Assembly (NCBI GenBank): GCA_035699445.1
Contig: DASSPX010000072.1
Span: forward strand, 1-63,822
DNA length: 63,822 bases
Source: Candidatus Limnocylindrales bacterium
GTDB taxonomy: Bacteria > Chloroflexota > Limnocylindria > Limnocylindrales > CSP1-4
Direction: 5' to 3'
Shown here: piece by piece, positions 1-10,911 of the stretch
How the letters are laid out: the number at the start of each line of letters is the position of its first letter
Numbering within the stretch: position 1 is the first letter of the stretch
Position numbers and translations under genes: made by a program
The notes under the pieces: model-generated
What the model was told of the DNA's origin: nothing
What the model saw: only the letters and a program-made list of their open reading frames with translations
The model's database searches: none

Positions 1-1
1 G

Positions 2-931
2 ATGCCGCCGTTCCTTGAGACGCTCGTCGGCCGGCTGACCCTGAACGCCGCGCTCGACATCCTGGTCACCGCGGTCTTCATCTACGCCCTGTTCAGCCTC
101 ATCCGCGGGACCCGGGCGGTCACCCTCGTCATCGGCGTCTCGATCCTGCTCGGGATCTACGGTCTCGCCGTCGCGCTCGAGCTGACGCTCTTCCGCCGGA
201 TCCTCGAGGCCGGCGCCTTCGTGGGCGTGTTCGCGCTCGTCGTGATCTTCCAGCCCGAGCTGCGGCGGGCACTCGAGCGGATCGGCCGGGTGGGCTCCTT
301 CGGCTGGCTGCTCGCGCCGACCGAGGAACGCACCGTCGAGCGCGTGGCGAGCGAGGTCGCGCGGGCGGCCGGGACGTTGTCCAGCGAGCGTCACGGCGCC
401 CTGATCGTCATCGAGCGCGAGACCGGGCTCGAGGAGATCGCCGAGTCGGGCGTCATGCTCCATGCCGACCTCACGGCCGATCTGCTGGCGACGATCTTCT
501 GGCCCCGCACCCCCCTCCACGACGGCGCGGTGATCGTCCGCGACGACCGGATCATCGCCGCCGGCGCCCTGCTGCCGCTGACCGAGATGTCCCTCCAGTC
601 CGAGCGCTACGGCACCCGGCATCGCGCCGCGCTGGGGATCACCGAGCAGACCGACGCGGTGGTCGTCGTCGTGTCCGAGGAGAACGGCCAGATGAGCGTC
701 GTCGAGCGGGCGCGGATCGTCCGCGTGCCGACGGAGGCCCAGCTCCACCGGGCGCTCAAGGCGCTGCTCGAGGCGCCGACGCGCTCCGGGCGCTTCGGCG
801 GTGGTGGCACCGGCGGCGGCATCCGGCGCCTTCGCCGGTCCCCGCTCCTGCGCCCCAGGGCCGAGGGCGGCGGCGACGACCGCGGTGCCGGTCCCGCCGA
901 CGCCGCGGCTGCGGCGCAGGCCCAGCGGTGA
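2..931 (+). CDS. dacA: Diadenylate cyclase CdaA/DacA (membrane-anchored c-di-AMP synthase)
   Basis: Three N-terminal hydrophobic segments, then DAC motifs LHDGAVI and GTRHRAA; followed by YbbR protein and glmM. Confidence 0.95.
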   Translation: MPPFLETLVGRLTLNAALDILVTAVFIYALFSLIRGTRAVTLVIGVSILLGIYGLAVALELTLFRRILEAGAFVGVFALVVIFQPELRRALERIGRVGSFGWLLAPTEERTVERVASEVARAAGTLSSERHGALIVIERETGLEEIAESGVMLHADLTADLLATIFWPRTPLHDGAVIVRDDRIIAAGALLPLTEMSLQSERYGTRHRAALGITEQTDAVVVVVSEENGQMSVVERARIVRVPTEAQLHRALKALLEAPTRSGRFGGGGTGGGIRRLRRSPLLRPRAEGGGDDRGAGPADAAAAAQAQR

Positions 932-2181
932 GGGGTCTGGCGGCGTTCCTCGTCCGGAACTGGCCGCTCAAGATCGCCGCCCTCGCGCTCGCGACGCTCC
1001 TCTACACCGGCCTGGCGCTGTCCCAGGGCGCCGACGTCTTCCGCGAGCGGATCCCGATCTTCCCGGAGAACCAGCCCGAAGACGCGGTGCTCCTCACGCC
1101 CCTCAGCGAGCTCGTCGTGACGAGCGTGAACTACGTCGCGACGCGCGACGTGGGCACCCTGAGCGCGGACGACTTCCGGGCCACCATCGACCTCTCGGGC
1201 GTGGATCCCGCGGGCGGGCCCGAGTCGGTGCCGGTGCGGGTGCGGTCGCTCGTACCGGGCATCGTCGTCAGCAGCGTCGTGCCGCAGCGGGTGCAGGTCG
1301 AGCTCGATCCCCTCGTGGAGCGGACCGTGCCGGTGATGGTGGATCTCGGTCCGCCGCCCGTGAACTCGGAGGTTGGCACGCCCACGGCCGATCCGGCCGC
1401 CGTCACGGTCGCCGGCGCCCAGAGCGTCGTGGAGCAGGTCGTCGGCGCGCGAGCGACCGTGCCCCTCGATCCCAACGGCCTCGACTTCGGCAGCGACGTG
1501 CAGCTGATCCCGGTCGATCGCGACGGTCGCGAGCTCCAGGTGGACGTGAGCCCGCAGAAGGCCCGGATCACCGTGCCCGTGACCACGCCGCTCCGGCAGC
1601 GGACGCTCCCGGTGAACCCGGTCATGACCGGCAACGTCCCGAGCGGGATCCGGATCGAGTCGATCGACGTGACGCCGTCGGTGGTCACGGTCGAGGGGGA
1701 TGCCGATGATCTCGCCACGCTGACGGCCGCCGACACGGTGCCGATCTCGCTGTCCGGCGTGTCCGAGGACCTCGACCGCGAGGTCGCGCTCGCGTTGCCC
1801 GAGCGGGTCCGACCCGTCGAGGTCGTTTCCGTCCGGGTGGTCGTCCGGCTCGAGGCCGTCACCGACACCCGCTCGTTCGGTGCCGCCATCCGCGTCGTGG
1901 GCGGCGCACCGGGCATGAGCGTCTCGACCGCCACGACGCGCGTGCTCGTGGCCCTCTTCGGGCCGGTCTCGCTGCTCGACGAGGTCGGCAACCGGCCCCT
2001 GCTCGCCACGGCGGACGCGGTCGAGCTGGGCCCCGGGCAGCACGAGGTCCGGCTGCAGGTCACGGACCTGCCGTCCGGTGTCTCCGTCGCGGACATCTCC
2101 CCACCCACGGTGATCGTCACGGTCGTCGACCTCGGCAGCCCCAGCCCGACGCCTCCAGCGGCGGCCACGCCGTCCCCCTGA
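928..2181 (+). CDS. cdaR: CdaR (YbbR-like repeat) regulator of diadenylate cyclase
   Basis: N-terminal RNWPLKIAALALA TM, repeated beta-rich YbbR units (P..V.V.G); GTGA overlap with dacA. Confidence 0.9.
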   Translation: MRGLAAFLVRNWPLKIAALALATLLYTGLALSQGADVFRERIPIFPENQPEDAVLLTPLSELVVTSVNYVATRDVGTLSADDFRATIDLSGVDPAGGPESVPVRVRSLVPGIVVSSVVPQRVQVELDPLVERTVPVMVDLGPPPVNSEVGTPTADPAAVTVAGAQSVVEQVVGARATVPLDPNGLDFGSDVQLIPVDRDGRELQVDVSPQKARITVPVTTPLRQRTLPVNPVMTGNVPSGIRIESIDVTPSVVTVEGDADDLATLTAADTVPISLSGVSEDLDREVALALPERVRPVEVVSVRVVVRLEAVTDTRSFGAAIRVVGGAPGMSVSTATTRVLVALFGPVSLLDEVGNRPLLATADAVELGPGQHEVRLQVTDLPSGVSVADISPPTVIVTVVDLGSPSPTPPAAATPSP

Positions 2182-2224
2182 CCGACCCGGGCACGCGTCA
2201 CCGCCTCGACACGAAAGGACCAGG

Positions 2225-3556
2225 ATGAGTCGTCTCTTCGGCACGGACGGGATCCGCGGGGTCGCGAACGTCGACCTCAGCCCCACGCTCGCCTACGCGC
2301 TCGGACGTGCGACGGCGCACCGCCTCGTCCGCGACGGGGCACTCGTGGTCGGCCAGGACACCCGGCGCTCGGGGGACATGTTCGTGGCGGCGATCACCGC
2401 CGGGGCGACGAGCATCGGGGCGAACGTGCACGACGTGGGCGTGGTGCCCACGCCAGCGCTCGCGTTCGTGGCCGGCCGGCCCCCGGCGGCCGCGGGGATC
2501 ATGGTCTCGGCATCGCACAACCCCGCCGAGGACAACGGGCTCAAGGTCCTCGACGGGAACGGCCTCAAGCTCGACGACGACGTCGAGGACGAGCTGGAGG
2601 CGCTCATCTGGCGCGCGGACGAGCTGCCGGGGGCCGAGCCGGGCCGGATCGGCCGCCTGGTTGATGCGCGCGACCTTCTCGCGCCGTACGTCGACCACCG
2701 CGTCGCGCTCGCGAAGCGCGTGGACGCAGCCGGGATCCGGGTCGTCCTCGATACGGCGAACGGCTCCGCGTTCGACCTCGGACCGCGGATCCTCGCCGCG
2801 ACCGGCGCCAGGGTGGAGGTGATCCACGACCTGCCCGACGGCGACAACATCAACCGCGACTGCGGCGCGACCCATCCCGAGAGCCTCGCAGCGGCCGTTC
2901 GGGCCGAGGCCGCGGACGTCGGCTTCGCGCTCGACGGCGATGCCGATCGGTGCGTCGCCGTGGACGCGTCGGGCCGGGTCGTCGACGGCGACCAGCTCCT
3001 CGGGCTGCTCGCACTCGAGCGGCTCGAGCGGGGCACGCTGCCCGGCGGCGCCCTCGTCGTGTCCGTGCTCTCGAACGGCGGGCTCGCAGGCGCCGTGGAG
3101 GCGGCCGGCGGCCGGGTCGTCCGCACACCCGTCGGCGACAAGTACATCCTCGAGGGGATGCAGGTCGCGCGTGCGGGCCTGGGCGGGGAGAAGAGCGGCC
3201 ACGTGATCGTCATGGAGCACACGACGTCCGGCGACGGGATCGTGACCGCGCTCGAGGTCCTGCGGGTGATGACGGAGGCCCGCCAGCCGCTCGCGACGCT
3301 TGCTGGGCGGATCCCGCTGCTGCCCCAGCAGCAGCGCGCGGTCCGGGTGCGCCACCGCGAGCAGTGGGAGGCCGACGCGGAGATCCGGCGGGCGATCGCC
3401 GACGCGGAGGCGCGCCTCGGCGGCGGTGGGCGGGTGCTCGTCCGGCCCTCGGGCACGGAGCCCGTGCTGCGCGTCATGGTCGAGGGCCCCGAGGCCGACG
3501 TCGTGACCGAGCTCGCCGACGGGATCGCGGCCCTCGCGGGCGAGCGCCTAAACTGA
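2225..3556 (+). CDS. glmM: Phosphoglucosamine mutase
   Basis: LFGTDGIRG, SASHNP, DGDADR, GGEKSGH, RPSGTEP motifs. Confidence 0.97.
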   Translation: MSRLFGTDGIRGVANVDLSPTLAYALGRATAHRLVRDGALVVGQDTRRSGDMFVAAITAGATSIGANVHDVGVVPTPALAFVAGRPPAAAGIMVSASHNPAEDNGLKVLDGNGLKLDDDVEDELEALIWRADELPGAEPGRIGRLVDARDLLAPYVDHRVALAKRVDAAGIRVVLDTANGSAFDLGPRILAATGARVEVIHDLPDGDNINRDCGATHPESLAAAVRAEAADVGFALDGDADRCVAVDASGRVVDGDQLLGLLALERLERGTLPGGALVVSVLSNGGLAGAVEAAGGRVVRTPVGDKYILEGMQVARAGLGGEKSGHVIVMEHTTSGDGIVTALEVLRVMTEARQPLATLAGRIPLLPQQQRAVRVRHREQWEADAEIRRAIADAEARLGGGGRVLVRPSGTEPVLRVMVEGPEADVVTELADGIAALAGERLN

Positions 3557-3666
3557 GCCCGCGGCTCCTCGGGCCAAAGGCCCGCGGAACTCGCTTCGGC
3601 CCTCGGCGGGCCGTGTCGCAGATCCCGCAGTGCCGGGCGCACGCTACGAAGAGGTGATTGGCGCGG

Positions 3667-5499
<1,833 letters not shown>

Positions 5500-5508
5500 G
5501 GCGCGCGC

Positions 5509-6072
5509 GTGGCGAGGCGAGCGCAGGACGCGGCTCCCGTGCCGCCGCCGGGCCTCGTGCCGGAGGGCACGACGGAGCTCGGCATCGACATCATCCGCGT
5601 GGAGCGGATCCGTGCGACGCTCGAGCGTCATGGCGAGCGCTTCTCGCGGCGAGTGCTCACCGAGCGCGAGCGCCGCTACGTGCGCGACCGGCCGGAGACG
5701 TTCGCCGGTCGCTGGGCTGCAAAGGAGGCCGTCTCGAAGGTGCTCGGCCTGGGCGTCCGCGGCATCGGCTGGCAGGACATCGAGATCGAGCGGCTGCCGA
5801 CCGGACAACCCGCCGTCCGGCTCCACGGGCGCGCCGCGGCGCGCGCCGACCAGCTGGGCATGGGCCGGATCGCGATCTCGATCACCCACGAGCGCGAGTT
5901 CGCGGTCGCGATTGCGTTCGGCGTCCGCACCGCGGGTGGTCGCTACCTGTTCCCGCTCGACATCGAGGAGCGGCTCGACGACCGCGAGCGCCGGATCCTC
6001 GCGCGCATGGACCGGCTCCGCTCGATGCACGAGCAGACCGTCGACGCCGCCCGCCGGGAGGACGATCGATGA
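5509..6072 (+). CDS. acpS: Holo-ACP synthase with C-terminal extension
   Basis: LGIDII, FAGRWAAKEAVSKVLG, ISITHE. Confidence 0.92.
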   Translation: MARRAQDAAPVPPPGLVPEGTTELGIDIIRVERIRATLERHGERFSRRVLTERERRYVRDRPETFAGRWAAKEAVSKVLGLGVRGIGWQDIEIERLPTGQPAVRLHGRAAARADQLGMGRIAISITHEREFAVAIAFGVRTAGGRYLFPLDIEERLDDRERRILARMDRLRSMHEQTVDAARREDDR

Positions 6073-7205
6073 CCGCCCGGCCGCTCGGGTTCGGGCGTCG
6101 CGCCGAGGACGTCACCGAGCCCCCCGGCGAGAAGCCGGTCCCGCCTGGCGCCGTGGCGATGGACGACGCGTCGATGGGCGCGCTCCTGCCCGGGCGCGAC
6201 GCACGGGGCCACAAGGGGACGTTCGGCAAGCTGCTCGTGATCGCGGGATCGCTCGACTACGCCGGCGCGGCCCTGCTTGTCTGCCGGGCGGCAGGGCGGA
6301 CGGGCGCCGGGCTCGTCACGCTCGCGGTGCCCGAGTCGCTCCAGCCGCTGTTCGCGGCCAAGGTCGTCGAGGCGACGACGATGGCGCTCCCCGAGGACGA
6401 CCTCGAGGAGGTCGACCCGGAGCCGGCGCTGGCGAAGATCCTCGACCACGAGCACGACGCGCTCGTCATCGGTCCCGGCCTCCGGCCCTCGCTCGCGACC
6501 GCGGATCTTCTCCGCCTCCTGCTCACGGTGCCCGAGGACCCCGCGCCAGTTCCCGCGGTGCTGGACGCCGAGGCGCTGCGCACGCTCGCGTCCGCGGATT
6601 CGTGGTGGACGGCCACCACGCGCCGGTGCGTGCTCACGCCGCACGGCGGGGAGTTCGCCCGCCTCCGGGCGGGGAGCGGCCACGACCCGGCGGTCGACGG
6701 CGACCTCGACCGGGACGATGCCGCGCGGGTCGCGGCCGCGCGGGCGGCGGCAACCGAGTGGGGGCAGGTGGTCGTGCTCAAGGGTGCCCGGACGGTCGTC
6801 GCACCTCCTGCCGGCGAGGCGACGATCGCGCCGTTCGAGAACCCGGCGCTCGCCTCGGGCGGGACGGGCGACGTGCTCGCGGGCACGATCGGCGCGCTGC
6901 TCGCGCAGGGGCTGGACCCGTTCGCGGCCGCACGCCTGGGCGTGTACCTCCACGGGCTCGCGGGCGAGGCCGTCCGGGAGCGCTTCGGCGACGCCGGCCT
7001 CCTCGCCTCGGACCTGCCCGAGTCGATCACGCTCGCCCGCAAGCGCCTCGCCGCGCTCAACGAGCGCTCGCGCCGTCAGTCCCGGCTCGGGTTCGGCGCG
7101 CGCGAGCCGGTCGCGCGGCAGGTGGCGAGCGCACCCGCCGCGGCTGCGCCGGACGATCCCGCCACGGCCGCGCCGGACGATCCCGCCGGGAGCAACCGGC
7201 CCTGA
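6069..7205 (+). CDS. nnrD: ADP-dependent NAD(P)H-hydrate dehydratase (no epimerase domain)
   Basis: HKGTFGKLLVIAGS, GPGL, LDAEAL, LTPHGGEF, GGTGDVLAG; ATG 6069 overlaps acpS stop, in frame with ORF 4380-7205. Confidence 0.93.
   Translation: MTARPLGFGRRAEDVTEPPGEKPVPPGAVAMDDASMGALLPGRDARGHKGTFGKLLVIAGSLDYAGAALLVCRAAGRTGAGLVTLAVPESLQPLFAAKVVEATTMALPEDDLEEVDPEPALAKILDHEHDALVIGPGLRPSLATADLLRLLLTVPEDPAPVPAVLDAEALRTLASADSWWTATTRRCVLTPHGGEFARLRAGSGHDPAVDGDLDRDDAARVAAARAAATEWGQVVVLKGARTVVAPPAGEATIAPFENPALASGGTGDVLAGTIGALLAQGLDPFAAARLGVYLHGLAGEAVRERFGDAGLLASDLPESITLARKRLAALNERSRRQSRLGFGAREPVARQVASAPAAAAPDDPATAAPDDPAGSNRP
7146..7187 (+). repeat. 18-nt direct repeat, period 24 (APDDPA x2) in the nnrD tail
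   Basis: gcgccggacgatcccgcc at 7146-7163 and 7170-7187. Confidence 0.9.
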
Positions 7206-8497
7206 CCTCCGCCGATCGCGAGGCCGCGATCGAGGCCCGCCTTGCGGCCGCCGGCCTCCCGCCGCTCCCGCGCACCGCCTGGCTCGAGGTCGACCTCGAC
7301 GCCCTCACGGCCAACCTCGCCGCGATCCGCGCCTCCCTGCCCGGAGGCGTGCGGGTCGAGCCGGTCGTCAAGGCCGACGCGTACGGCCACGGCGCGATCC
7401 CGGTCGCCGCCGCCCTCGAGGCCGCAGGCGCGGACGGCCTGTGCGTGGCGACCATCGACGAGGCGCTCGCGCTGCGCGACGCGGGCATCGAGCTGCCGGT
7501 CCTCGTCCTCTACCCCGTGCCGCCCGCGTTCGCGCTCCAGGCGGCACGCCGGCGGATCTCGATCGCCGTGGGCGACGTGGCGCTGCTCCGACGGCTCGCC
7601 GAGGCGGCCGGGACGGCGGAACCGGAGCTCGCGGTGCACCTCGAGGTCGAGACCGGCCTCGGCCGCGGCGGCGTGCTGCTCGAAGGCGTCGTCGAGGCCG
7701 CGCGCACGATCGCCGACGCCCCGGGCCTTGCTCTCGCCGGCGTGTGGAGCCACCTCCAGGACCCGGCGTCGGCAGTCCGATCCGCCGACCAGGTCCGTCG
7801 CTTCGACGCGGCCGTCGACGCCCTCCGCACGGCCGGGCACCTGCCCGCCACCCGCCACCTCGCCGCGTCCGGCGCGCTCGTCACGGGGGATGCCCCGCCG
7901 GCCGAGGCTGTCCGGCCCGGGCTGATCGTCTACGGGATCGTGCCCGACGACCTCGTCGGCGTCGCGTCTCCCCTCGCGGAGGCCGTGCGGCCGATGCTGT
8001 CGCTCCATGCCCGCCCGGTGCGCGTGGCCGAGCTGCCGGCGGGCTGGGGCATCTCCTACGGGCCGTCGTTCACCACCGCGCGCCCGAGCCGGATCGCGAC
8101 CCTGCCCCTCGGCTACGGTGACGGCTGGCCGCGCGCGCTGTCCGACCGTGCCGGGGCGCTCGTCCGCGGGATCCGCGTGCCGCTCGTCGGCCGCGTGGCG
8201 ATGGACGCGGTGATGGCCGACGTGACCGACGTGCCCGGATCCCCGGTGTCCGTCGACGCCGAGTTCGTCTTCCTGGGCGCGCAGGGGACCGGTCGGATCA
8301 CCGCCCACGAGCTCGCGTCGGCCCGCGGGACGATCGCGTGGGAGGTGGTCACCTCGCTGTCCGCCCGATTGCCCCGGGTGTACCATTCCGCCGGCGTCGT
8401 GACCGGGTTGCTCACCCTGGCCGGCAGGAGGGCCGAGTGGCACGCATCGAACTCTGGAACGGCGACATCTGCGAGCTCGAGGTCGACGCAATCGTGA
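7202..8497 (+). CDS. alr: Alanine racemase (start codon uncertain, probably CTG)
   Basis: AWLEVDLDAL, VVKADAYGHG (PLP Lys), ISYG, VGRVAMD; no in-frame ATG/GTG/TTG near the conserved N-terminus. Confidence 0.92.
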   Translation: MTSADREAAIEARLAAAGLPPLPRTAWLEVDLDALTANLAAIRASLPGGVRVEPVVKADAYGHGAIPVAAALEAAGADGLCVATIDEALALRDAGIELPVLVLYPVPPAFALQAARRRISIAVGDVALLRRLAEAAGTAEPELAVHLEVETGLGRGGVLLEGVVEAARTIADAPGLALAGVWSHLQDPASAVRSADQVRRFDAAVDALRTAGHLPATRHLAASGALVTGDAPPAEAVRPGLIVYGIVPDDLVGVASPLAEAVRPMLSLHARPVRVAELPAGWGISYGPSFTTARPSRIATLPLGYGDGWPRALSDRAGALVRGIRVPLVGRVAMDAVMADVTDVPGSPVSVDAEFVFLGAQGTGRITAHELASARGTIAWEVVTSLSARLPRVYHSAGVVTGLLTLAGRRAEWHASNSGTATSASSRSTQS

Positions 8498-8976
8498 ACG
8501 CGGCGAACGTCTCGCTGTGGATGTCCACCGGCGTCGGCGGCGCGCTCAAGCGGGCCGGCGGGGACCAGATCGAGTTCGCCGCCGTTCGCCAGGGACCCGC
8601 CGTGCTCGGCGACGCCATCGTGACCCCCGCGGGGCGGCTCGCCGCACGCGCCGTGATCCACGCCGTGACGATCGACAGCACGCGGCGCACGTCAGCCGGC
8701 GTCATCGATCGTGCGGTGCGGAGCACGATGGCCCGGGCGCGCGAGATCGGGGCGACGAGCATCGCGTTCCCCGCGCTGGGCACCGGCGTCGGCGGCTTCC
8801 CACTCGAGGAGTGCGCGCAGATCATGGTCGCGGCCGTGCGCGACGAGCTGCCCGTCTCCCCGATGATCGAACACGTGATCTTCGCGCTCCGGGGCGCGCA
8901 TGCGTACGAGGCGTTCGCGGCCGCGCTGTCCGCCGCCGCGCCGCCCGCAGGGGCGCCGGTTCGAGGGCTCGCATGA
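8437..8976 (+). CDS. Macrodomain protein (O-acetyl-ADP-ribose deacetylase/ADP-ribosylhydrolase-like)
   Basis: GDI..VDAIVNAAN, GVGGALKRAGG, VIHAV, SIAFPALGTGVGG; AGGAGG upstream of GTG 8437. Confidence 0.9.
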   Translation: MARIELWNGDICELEVDAIVNAANVSLWMSTGVGGALKRAGGDQIEFAAVRQGPAVLGDAIVTPAGRLAARAVIHAVTIDSTRRTSAGVIDRAVRSTMARAREIGATSIAFPALGTGVGGFPLEECAQIMVAAVRDELPVSPMIEHVIFALRGAHAYEAFAAALSAAAPPAGAPVRGLA

Positions 8977-9263
8977 CCTTTCTCGGTGAGCCGCTCGACG
9001 AGCGACGCGAGGCGCTCGTCGAGCTCGTCGCCCGCGAGATCCGGTTGCGCGGGCTCACGGCGCCCGCGATGCACTTCCTCCAGGCCAGCCGGCCGTACCG
9101 CCCGCTCGGCGCGCCCGCCATGCTGTTCTTCGACCCCGTGCTCCGCGAGCTGTTCGGCGGCGAGCTGCCGCCCGCGACGGAGCTCCTCGGCGACGACGCC
9201 GGCATCGAGGCCCTGATCGAGCGGCTCGAGGAGCTCGAGGATCCGGACGGCTGGGACGCCTGA
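8973..9263 (+). CDS. Small helical hypothetical protein (96 aa)
   Basis: ATG overlaps macrodomain stop; coherent sequence MTFLGEPLDERREALVELVAREIRLRGLTAPAMHFLQASRPY. Confidence 0.8.
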   Translation: MTFLGEPLDERREALVELVAREIRLRGLTAPAMHFLQASRPYRPLGAPAMLFFDPVLRELFGGELPPATELLGDDAGIEALIERLEELEDPDGWDA

Positions 9264-9273
9264 CGACACCGGC

Positions 9274-10911
9274 GTGGAGCGGGTGATCCCCGACGCCGCC
9301 GACCGGTCGCCCGGGCCCCGCGCGTTCCTCGCGGTCGACGCCGGCACCGTCACCAACGCCGTCTCGCTGATCGGTCGCGTCGAGGGACGCTGGCGCCTGC
9401 TCGGGGCGACCGCGGCCCCTGCCGGCGTCGGGGTGGACGCGCTCGCTCGGCGCGTCGTGGAGCGGCTGCGGCGCGCCGACGCCGCGATCGCCGACCACCT
9501 CGGGCTCGCTCCGGACCGTCTCGCCCGGTTGCCCCGGGTGACGAGCCGGACCGTCGTCCCGCCCGTCGCGGCGGTCGTCGGCGGATCCGGCCGGGTCGCG
9601 GCGCGCCTCGCGAGCGCCGTGACGCTCGCCGGCTGGCGACCGCGGACCGTTGCGGTCCACGATGGCGATCCCCTCGCGATCACCCGCGTCCTGCTCGACC
9701 CGGCCGTGGACACGATCGTCGCCGGTTCCGCCGACCCGCCGGCCGCCGACGAGCGCGGCCACCTCGTGGAGCTGCTCGAGCTCGTGCTCGCGGCGCTCGA
9801 GCGGCGGCCGGAACTGACGCTCGTTCTCGTCGGCGGGCTCGGGCGCCAGAGCGCCCGGGTCGAGGACCGGCTGCCGGGCCGTCCGGGTCCCACGCTCGTC
9901 GCGGCCGCGATCGTCGGCGAGGGCGTCGCCGAGCCGCTCACGGAGCTGATGCACGGCCTGCGCGGCGACGACGACGAGGGTCGTCATGCGCTCGTCACGG
10001 CCACTGCCACTCTCGCCCGCGTGCTCGGCCGCCGGCTCGAGGTCGTCGAGATCGGTGCGAACAGCGGGACGCGGATCCGGGCGGAGATCGCGCCCGACGG
10101 GTCCGTGGGGGTGGCGTCCGCGACGATCGCCGCCGCCGCGCTCGTTCCCGACGAGGTGCCCGACGGGGTCGTGGACGGTGTCGCCGGCTGGTCCACGCTC
10201 CGGCTCGACCGGCTCCGCCTGCGCGACCGGCTGCGCGAGCTTCGGGTGGCGCCGTGGGGCGAGGTGCACGGCGAGGGCGCGGAGCTCCGGCTCGCCGCCG
10301 CGCGCGCAGCCCTGACCAGGCTCGTGGAGGCCACGCCCCACCTGTCGACCGCGGTGCCCGACCTCGTGATCGCCGCCGGCGGCGTGTGGTCCGTCGCGCC
10401 CGGCTCGGCGGTCGGGCTCGCGCTCGCCGACGTTCTCCGGCGGCCCGGAGCGGCCGGCCTCGCGTACGACCACGCGCGCCTGCTCGGCCCGCTGGGCACG
10501 ATCGAGGACGAGGTGGAGCGGCACGCCGTGATCGGCGACCTCGTCGACGACCTCCTCGCGCCGCTGGGGAGCGTCGTGATGCCCGCCGAGCTGCGGGCCG
10601 GGCGGGCCGCCGGGGATCTCCTCGTCCATGCCGCCGGCGGCATGTCGGAGCTTGCGCTCGTGCCGGGCGGGCTCGAGCTCGTCGACCTGCCCCCCGGCGA
10701 GCACGCGACCGTCGAGCTCCGCTTCCGTGACCCGGTCGTGCTCGGCACCCGGGGCCGGCGCTTCGCGATCGAGCTCGGCGGCGGCCTGGGTGGGCTGCTC
10801 GTCGATCTGCGCGACGTGCCGCTCCGCCTGCCGGAGCGGCCCGATCGCCGGCGGGAGCTCCTCGCCGCCTGGCAGTCGGCGCTCTGGGCGGGCGTGGAGG
10901 ACGGCCGGTGA
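9274..10911 (+). CDS. GlmL/MutL (glutamate mutase L)-like ASKHA-fold protein
   Basis: N-terminal FLAVDAGTVTNAVSL resembles ASKHA phosphate-1 motif; DLVIAAGGVWS resembles the adenosine motif; family call by recollection, not search. Confidence 0.6.
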   Translation: MERVIPDAADRSPGPRAFLAVDAGTVTNAVSLIGRVEGRWRLLGATAAPAGVGVDALARRVVERLRRADAAIADHLGLAPDRLARLPRVTSRTVVPPVAAVVGGSGRVAARLASAVTLAGWRPRTVAVHDGDPLAITRVLLDPAVDTIVAGSADPPAADERGHLVELLELVLAALERRPELTLVLVGGLGRQSARVEDRLPGRPGPTLVAAAIVGEGVAEPLTELMHGLRGDDDEGRHALVTATATLARVLGRRLEVVEIGANSGTRIRAEIAPDGSVGVASATIAAAALVPDEVPDGVVDGVAGWSTLRLDRLRLRDRLRELRVAPWGEVHGEGAELRLAAARAALTRLVEATPHLSTAVPDLVIAAGGVWSVAPGSAVGLALADVLRRPGAAGLAYDHARLLGPLGTIEDEVERHAVIGDLVDDLLAPLGSVVMPAELRAGRAAGDLLVHAAGGMSELALVPGGLELVDLPPGEHATVELRFRDPVVLGTRGRRFAIELGGGLGGLLVDLRDVPLRLPERPDRRRELLAAWQSALWAGVEDGR

